This document shows positions 8,498-14,286 of a stretch of 20,000 nucleotides of DNA, in pieces. The notes below the pieces were generated by a model. That model saw only the letters and a list, made by a program, of their open reading frames with translations. It was not told the DNA's origin and did not search any database. The DNA lies in IMG/VR virus record IMGVR_UViG_3300032050_000023, one strand, 5' to 3'. The position numbers were made by a program, and so were the translations under genes. Positions within the stretch are counted from its first letter, which is position 1, and the number at the start of each line of letters is the position of its first letter. The stretch is from an uncultured virus (IMG/VR IMGVR_UViG_3300032050_000023) (lineage: Duplodnaviria > Heunggongvirae > Uroviricota > Caudoviricetes).

Positions 8498-9706
8498 CTA
8501 ACTGTTTCTTGACTCTAAGTTTGACACTCTTGTTTTTAAAGACTCTATTTCTGTTGTCAACCTTTCTATAATTTTTTGTTGTTCTTTTGTAGATTCAACT
8601 AATAATGAAACCATTTCGGAATAACGTATTGTTTTGTAATCTGATATGCCATTGAATGTTACCGCTTCAGGTAAGAATGATTCTACTTCTTGTGCAATCA
8701 TACCTATTTGTCTACTTTGGTCATCTACCTCAAAATTTTCAGCGTTTTTATAATTAAAATAAACCCCTCTTAAATTTTTAACAATATCTGTTGCACCACT
8801 TATTGGTATTATATTTTCCTTCAATCTTACATCAGATGATGTTGTTGTCAGTATTCCTGTTGTTGCGTTTCTATATAATGCAACGCCAGTGCTCGATACC
8901 GTACCTACCGATATTTCTTTATCAACTCTTAATTTTTGTTTGATATACAAACCAGATCCACCTATTGTCGGTAAATCCGTTCTTACTGATGGGTAAAAAA
9001 TCATTTGGTCATTTGTACCACTACCACCAAAACTAGTTAAACCACTTGTCGAACTATTATTTATATAAAACGGTTCGTTTGATGAGGTAGAGTTCGCATC
9101 AATCTCACTATAATTAGTAAATCTTGTAAATGAAGAATCTACACCGCCTACCGAATCTCTCACTGTAATTCTAGCAGAATCTGTTGCTGTTTCTATTTGT
9201 ACTGAGTTAACATTAGGACCTAAATTATATATTGGTGTACCCCCTGACCAATTTATTTTTATTAAATCATTTGTTCCTAAGACCGCACCAGATCCTGACG
9301 AATAAGAAAGTTTAAAAATATTGTTGTCGGACCTATCAACACCAAAGGCGTAAGATGGTGTAGATGCGGACGTTGATAAAAACCTTATGAATGCATCCTG
9401 TGTTGATCCAGTGTCTCTTAATGAAATATTTGGGGACGCTGAATTTTTAGTTAAAATCAATGTTGTACCATCAAATTTAGCATTTACTTCACCATTTAAA
9501 GTGTTGGGTGATCCAGTTGCGGTAATTAAATTATCGTTAACATTATTATTAATTGTTATACCAGTCAAGAATGTACTTGTAAAAGAACTATAAGGTAACG
9601 CTTCAGTTCTACCCGTAGATATAGGATTGTAATTAACGATAGGCATTAGTGAATTAGAATAACCTGTCGTTGCAAAAGGGAGTGATGATATTGGTAAATC
9701 TGCCAT
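8498..9706 (-). CDS. Tail fibre/spike protein with a C-terminal peptidase S74 intramolecular chaperone
   Basis: TSSDVRLKENI...LRGVYFNYK...IGMIAQEVESFLPEAV...IRYSEMVSLLVESTKEQQ followed by a coiled coil is a canonical S74 domain; the body is Gly/Ser/Thr-rich. Confidence 0.9.
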   Translation of the reverse strand: MADLPISSLPFATTGYSNSLMPIVNYNPISTGRTEALPYSSFTSTFLTGITINNNVNDNLITATGSPNTLNGEVNAKFDGTTLILTKNSASPNISLRDTGSTQDAFIRFLSTSASTPSYAFGVDRSDNNIFKLSYSSGSGAVLGTNDLIKINWSGGTPIYNLGPNVNSVQIETATDSARITVRDSVGGVDSSFTRFTNYSEIDANSTSSNEPFYINNSSTSGLTSFGGSGTNDQMIFYPSVRTDLPTIGGSGLYIKQKLRVDKEISVGTVSSTGVALYRNATTGILTTTSSDVRLKENIIPISGATDIVKNLRGVYFNYKNAENFEVDDQSRQIGMIAQEVESFLPEAVTFNGISDYKTIRYSEMVSLLVESTKEQQKIIERLTTEIESLKTRVSNLESRNS

Positions 9707-9714
9707 AATTTATA

Positions 9715-9722
9715 TATAAATA
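9715..9722 (-). promoter_or_regulatory. TATTTATA motif upstream of the S74 fibre gene
   Basis: Recurrent motif about 8 nt upstream of ATG 9706. Confidence 0.5.
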
Positions 9723-9725
9723 TAT

Positions 9726-10982
9726 TTAAGTAACAATTATTCTTCCACCATCTTCTTGTAAAATTAAAAACATATTTTCTTGTGCTAAGAATGGTTTCAC
9801 TATTGGTGATGGAGTTACTGTTGGAGTTACTGTTGGAGTTACTGTTGGTGTAACTGAAATTGTAGGTGTAACGGTTGGTGTGGGTGTTGTTGTTGGTGTG
9901 ACTGAAATTGTAGGTGTAACAGTTGGGGTTATAGTTGGTGTAGGTGTAGAAGTTTTTGTTGGTGTAACGGTTGGTGTAACTGAAATTGTAGGCGTAACTG
10001 TTGGTGTAACTGTAGGAGTAACAGTTGGTGTAACTGTAGGAGTAACTGAAATTGTAGGTGTTACAGTTGGTGTAGGGGTAGATGTTTTTGTAGGTGTGAC
10101 AGTTGGTGTAACTGTTGGGGTGGTTGTTGGTGTTAATGAAATTGTAGGTGTAACAGTTGGTGTAGGAGTAGTAGTCTTTGTTGGTGTAACTGTTGGAGTA
10201 GGTGTTGTTGTAACGGTAGGTGTTACAGTTGGTGTAGGTGTAGAAGTTTTTGTTGGTGTTACTGTTGGTGTTACTGTAGGTGTTACAGTTGGTGTTACAG
10301 TTGGTGTAGGTGTAGAAGTTTTTGTTGGTGTGACAGTTGGTGTAACTGTTGGGGTGACTGAAATTGTAGGTGTAACAGTTGGTGTAGGAGTTGGGGTTTT
10401 TGTAGGAGTTGCGGTAGGTGTAACAGTAGGAGTTGCGGTAGGTGTAACGGTTGGTGTAACTGTTGGAGTAACAGTTGGTGTGGGTGTTTGTGAAAAACTT
10501 GGGTACGGTGGAGTACACCCAAATTCAAAACATAAATCACCTATTCCTAAGTTTAAATTAATTATATTTGTTGGATTTGTACCACAAGCAAAATAAGTAA
10601 TTCCACTTGACACCTCAATGTTTGTTTGTTGATTACCAAAACAATCAGTATAATCAAAGTATCCAGAAACTGTTGAGGTATTCTCAAGTCTCAAACAATA
10701 ACAAAGATTTGTTGGTGTTGATGTTGGGGATGGGGTTAAAGTAGGTGTAGGTGTTGATGTTACACAATAATAAGGATGAAATACTTCACAACCTTGATTA
10801 TCGGTTATTTTAACAATAAAAGAAGTTGACCCATTAAAAGGGAATGGTAAATCAAAAGAGTAATTAGGAGGTATTGTAACGGAAGAATTCTCAACAACAC
10901 AGAATGAGTTAGTGATATCACATACCGATATTTCAAAAGGTGGAGTTCCTGTGACACCTGTAATTACAACTTGTGTTGGCAT
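9726..10982 (-). CDS. Mucin-like Pro-Thr-Val stalk protein (Cys-containing N-terminal domains, ~230-aa PT tract, C-terminal LAQE..LILQEDG motif)
   Basis: The translation shows a long (TPTV/TPTP/TPTIS/TPTKTS)n tract with non-repetitive termini in the same frame. Confidence 0.75.
   Translation of the reverse strand: MPTQVVITGVTGTPPFEISVCDITNSFCVVENSSVTIPPNYSFDLPFPFNGSTSFIVKITDNQGCEVFHPYYCVTSTPTPTLTPSPTSTPTNLCYCLRLENTSTVSGYFDYTDCFGNQQTNIEVSSGITYFACGTNPTNIINLNLGIGDLCFEFGCTPPYPSFSQTPTPTVTPTVTPTVTPTATPTVTPTATPTKTPTPTPTVTPTISVTPTVTPTVTPTKTSTPTPTVTPTVTPTVTPTVTPTKTSTPTPTVTPTVTTTPTPTVTPTKTTTPTPTVTPTISLTPTTTPTVTPTVTPTKTSTPTPTVTPTISVTPTVTPTVTPTVTPTVTPTISVTPTVTPTKTSTPTPTITPTVTPTISVTPTTTPTPTVTPTISVTPTVTPTVTPTVTPSPIVKPFLAQENMFLILQEDGGRIIVT
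9805..10490. repeat. Degenerate coding tandem repeat encoding (PTVT)n/(PT)n
   Basis: Recurring GTTGGTGT/GTAGGTGT/ACTGAAATTGTAGG units with synonymous variation. Confidence 0.9.
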
Positions 10983-11010
10983 ACAAATAAATATAAACTC
11001 AATTTGAATT

Positions 11011-11268
11011 TTAGCAAGGGTTTATTGTTGTTGTTGGTGTTGGGGATGCACAAGAATAAAATTCAAATTTTTCACAACTATCGGCATCAACTATTTTATT
11101 TAATAACTAACATGAAGTATCTAAAGACGATGGAACCGTAAATGTATAACTTGGTGGACATGAAGTTAATCCCGTTATAAAAACACATAATGTATTTGTA
11201 ATATCACAAACATAAACATCAAATGGTGTTGTTCCTGTTATATTAGTTATTGTAATATCGTTTGACAC
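11011..11268 (-). pseudogene. Small paralogue of the N-terminal domain of the 9726-10982 protein, interrupted by one in-frame TAG (11107-11109)
   Basis: Manual translation from GTG 11268: MSNDITITNITGTTPFDVYVCDITNTLCVFITGLTSCPPSYTFTVPSSLDTSC*LLNKIVDADSCEKFEFYSCASPTPTTTINPC. It aligns on both sides of the stop with VVITGVTGTPPFEISVCDITNSFCV...PPNYSF...FIVKITDNQGCEVF..YC. Confidence 0.7.
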
Positions 11269-11282
11269 TATAAAAAATATTC

Positions 11283-11726
11283 TTACAAACCTAAATAGGT
11301 AATTAAATTATGGTATTCAGTTTTTAATGTTTCTCTTTGATCCATTATTGTTTGTGGTATTAATTCACCACCTAAAACATATCTTTCTACCGATTCCCTA
11401 AGATTAAAAATATTTGATATTTTTTCAGAATATAAAACTCTAATTTTATGTTTTAAAGTTTCAGATCCAGTAACAGTTAATGTATTATCTTCGTTAATGT
11501 TTTCACCATCCAAAATTACATTAAGATATAAATTTTTTATTTCTTCACTAACTGTATTGTAAATTTCAGGAACTTCTAAAGTTAAATGAAATGAGATATA
11601 ACCTTCCTTAATAACATAACCTGATACATAGTTTTCTCTGAATTCCTCAATATTATTTTCATCATAATAAACCACAGTTTTTTTATTTAAAACCGTAATT
11701 ATTTGGTAATATTTTTCTTTTTTCAT
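11283..11726 (-). CDS. Hypothetical protein, possible tail-fibre assembly chaperone
   Basis: Directly downstream of a fibre gene. The C-terminal ERYVLGGELIPQTIMDQRETLK resembles the R..E.G..IP......R..LR helix of phage fibre-assembly chaperones. Confidence 0.45.
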   Translation of the reverse strand: MKKEKYYQIITVLNKKTVVYYDENNIEEFRENYVSGYVIKEGYISFHLTLEVPEIYNTVSEEIKNLYLNVILDGENINEDNTLTVTGSETLKHKIRVLYSEKISNIFNLRESVERYVLGGELIPQTIMDQRETLKTEYHNLITYLGL

Positions 11727-11730
11727 TATG

Positions 11731-13461
11731 TTATAATTTTATTTTTAAATTTATCATTGTAGTTACCGTTGTTGGATTTGTAGTCCATGTTGGTGTAATC
11801 CATCTAACTTGTAATTTATCACCACTTGTTACCGATAATGGAGTTCCTAAAACAAAATTATTATTAACTGTTGGGCTGAACGATATTCCTGAAACAACCA
11901 CATTTCTTATTCTTTTACCTTTAGTACCTCCTGGATTAATACTAAACCTAATTTTCATTTGGTTTGAAGTTGCGGGAACGGTTACTGAAGTTGGGATGTA
12001 TGGACTCGAGGCCGTTGGTGTTGCGGTAAGACCCGCAGTTGCCCATGTAGAACCGTTATCTAACGAATATTCCACCAATACAGGTCCGTCAGTACCTGAC
12101 CCAAAAGTTGCAATATCTAATGAAACAACTAAAGAAACATAAGACGACCCATCAAATGTAGGTGATGTTAATGTCGATGTTATTCCTGTAAGTCCGGCAT
12201 AACTATTAATATATGTTACAAAAACCGATGCCCATCCCGCAGGTTGTGTAGTTCCTAAAAAAGTTTCGGATAATATGGTAGTAGAACTACCTGATGTAAA
12301 TTGTAATGTCGATGAAATTGTTTGAGATGTTCCCCCTGATAAATTATTGATTGTCATCGTTGAGTTTTCATTAGACCCTCCCACGAAATTCGATGATATT
12401 ATTACCTCAGTTATTAGACCCGTATATTGGCTTACAATGTTCCAAGGATCTCTGTTTGTTGTACTTGGGGTTAATGTTGATAACGACCCGATATAGTAAG
12501 TTGTTGCATCGACAGGATTTAAAGTGCTGTGACCAAATAGCATATTAACAAACGAAGGGACATTAAGATACGTTGTTGCCGATATTGTTGGAACATTTAA
12601 TGTACCTGTCATTGTATCACCACTTTTGTTAACTTTATTATTTTCTAAATTAACTATTGTGGTACACCCACTTAAAGTTTCACAAGTAAGAGCATTAAAA
12701 TTACTAAATGGTGTAATCCCATAAGAATAATTTTGTTGTCCTTCAGTAAAAAATGTTATTGTGTTTGTCTGAGATCCGGTGTTTGTTGACCTTACTTTAA
12801 CTAAGATTCTATCCGTAATATCAATAGTACTCCCACTATAATAACCGTCGGTAAGTTCCATTGAAGTTGTTGGTGAATATGTTAATACCTCGGATGGTGC
12901 GGTTGTAAGTATTAGGGTTTCGGTTCCACCTGTTGTATAAACATATACCTCACAAAATACTTCAAAAGAAGCGTTTATTACGTCCTTATATGAGTGTAAG
13001 TAAAAACTCCAAACACCCGCAGGTATTTTTGTTGTATTTGGGTAACCTATTGGGGTTAAAAACGATGCGATTGTTGATGTAACACCACTGTTTATTGTTA
13101 CCCCTGTTGTTTGTTCCGTTAAATTTGTTCCTATTGGTGAAAATTCTTGATAAGGAGACTGTGATTGTGATAGATTTAAATAATAAACTTCACCTCCAGC
13201 ACCCCCAATAGGTAGTCCTGTAACCGTAAATGATCCTCCTGAATTATTTTTGAATAATATTTCACCATTCGTATATGTTCCCCCTGTTACATAAACATCA
13301 GAAAAACCACTGAAAACATAATTTTTTATATCTGTTATTTTAGTCGATTTGGTAACACCAGAGGGGACTTGAAGATTTTCAATAACCAACAAATCATTTG
13401 AGGTAAATCCAGTGTAATTTACATATGGTAATTGTGTTATCGTTTTTCCTGTAAGCGGCAT
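11731..13461 (-). CDS. Putative tail fibre / receptor-binding protein
   Basis: N-terminal GKTITQLP motif, YVTGGTY..G..FKNNSGGSFTVTG segment and the fibre motif KVNKSGDTMTGTL; beta-rich C-terminus with an EYSLDNGSTW (Asp-box-like) jelly-roll segment. Confidence 0.7.
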   Translation of the reverse strand: MPLTGKTITQLPYVNYTGFTSNDLLVIENLQVPSGVTKSTKITDIKNYVFSGFSDVYVTGGTYTNGEILFKNNSGGSFTVTGLPIGGAGGEVYYLNLSQSQSPYQEFSPIGTNLTEQTTGVTINSGVTSTIASFLTPIGYPNTTKIPAGVWSFYLHSYKDVINASFEVFCEVYVYTTGGTETLILTTAPSEVLTYSPTTSMELTDGYYSGSTIDITDRILVKVRSTNTGSQTNTITFFTEGQQNYSYGITPFSNFNALTCETLSGCTTIVNLENNKVNKSGDTMTGTLNVPTISATTYLNVPSFVNMLFGHSTLNPVDATTYYIGSLSTLTPSTTNRDPWNIVSQYTGLITEVIISSNFVGGSNENSTMTINNLSGGTSQTISSTLQFTSGSSTTILSETFLGTTQPAGWASVFVTYINSYAGLTGITSTLTSPTFDGSSYVSLVVSLDIATFGSGTDGPVLVEYSLDNGSTWATAGLTATPTASSPYIPTSVTVPATSNQMKIRFSINPGGTKGKRIRNVVVSGISFSPTVNNNFVLGTPLSVTSGDKLQVRWITPTWTTNPTTVTTMINLKIKL

Positions 13462-13473
13462 TTTTATTTTTTT

Positions 13474-13481
13474 TATAAATA
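13474..13481 (-). promoter_or_regulatory. TATTTATA motif upstream of the 13461 start
   Basis: Recurrent motif about 12 nt upstream of the ATG. Confidence 0.55.
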
Positions 13482-13490
13482 GTTTATAAT

Positions 13491-14282
13491 TTAATATTTT
13501 AAATATTCATCTTCACCAGTAATAATGTAGAAAATATCATTAGTCAATATTGCATCTATTATTATTTGTTCTGATGTTGGGGTAACAGTAGGTGTTATAG
13601 TAGGAGTATTAGTAACAGTAGGTGTTATAGTAGGTGTTATAGTAGGCGTTATAGTAGGAGTATTAGTAACAGTAGGCGTTATAGTAGGAGTATTAGTAAC
13701 AGTAGGAGTTATAGTAGGAGTATTAGTAACAGTAGGAGTATTAGTAACAGTAGGAGTATTAGTGACAGTAGGTGTTATAGTAGGAGTTGGGGTACATCCA
13801 CATGGATTTGTACAAGTTTGAGTTGGTTTAGGAGTTTTACTTGGTTTAGGTGTGTTCGATGGTTTTGGACAACCACATGGGTTTGTACAAGTTTCCGTAG
13901 GTGTTGGTGTTAGTGTTGGGGTAATTGTCGGTGTTGTTGTCACACTAGGTGTAGGTGTAGGTACTTTACAAGGGTCTAATGAAGGTGTAGGTGTTAGTGT
14001 AGTTGTTGGTGTAGGGGTTGGTGTCTTGGTCAAAGTCAATGTAGGTGTTGGTGTAGGTGTTGATCTAGGAACGTTTAAAATATTCAAACACTGACCATCC
14101 TCAACTAAAATAGTATAAGTTCCATAAACCTGTCTTGATGGGTTAAGTTCATTAGGATAAAAAACAAAAGGTAAAGTCACAAACCCCAAATTTAGGGTAA
14201 TATTATCATTGTCTGGTTTAAATAAAACATTTACAGTTTTACCTTCAAAATTTTTACTATTAATTGTTATACTTAGTGACAT
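13491..14282 (-). CDS. Mucin-like Pro-Thr stalk protein with a duplicated TCTNPCGC motif
   Basis: Likely start ATG 14282 ([10 protein letters not shown]), just after the upstream stop. It has a small beta N-domain, PT tracts, ([10 protein letters not shown])n and a C-terminal [21 protein letters not shown]. Confidence 0.7.
   Translation of the reverse strand: MSLSITINSKNFEGKTVNVLFKPDNDNITLNLGFVTLPFVFYPNELNPSRQVYGTYTILVEDGQCLNILNVPRSTPTPTPTLTLTKTPTPTPTTTLTPTPSLDPCKVPTPTPSVTTTPTITPTLTPTPTETCTNPCGCPKPSNTPKPSKTPKPTQTCTNPCGCTPTPTITPTVTNTPTVTNTPTVTNTPTITPTVTNTPTITPTVTNTPTITPTITPTITPTVTNTPTITPTVTPTSEQIIIDAILTNDIFYIITGEDEYLKY
13575..13795. repeat. Coding tandem repeat (12- and 18-bp units; TPTI / TPTVTN)
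   Basis: AGTAGGAGTATTAGTAAC and AGTAGGTGTTAT units repeated with few substitutions. Confidence 0.9.
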
Positions 14283-14286
14283 TTTA

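Noticed and set aside
9646..10596. ORFs 9646-10518 (-, Tyr/Thr/Asn repeat), 9880-10596 (+, VGVT repeat) and 10295-10540 (-)
   Set aside because: Alternative frames left open by the stop-poor PT repeat; only the 9726-10982 frame has non-repetitive, paralogue-supported termini.
8498..13461. Diversity-generating retroelement acting on the fibre tips
   Set aside because: No reverse transcriptase and no template/variable repeat pair was seen in the window.
2207..13795. Tandem repeats as a possible CRISPR array
   Set aside because: The units are contiguous multiples of 3 nt inside ORFs, with no unique spacers and no cas genes.
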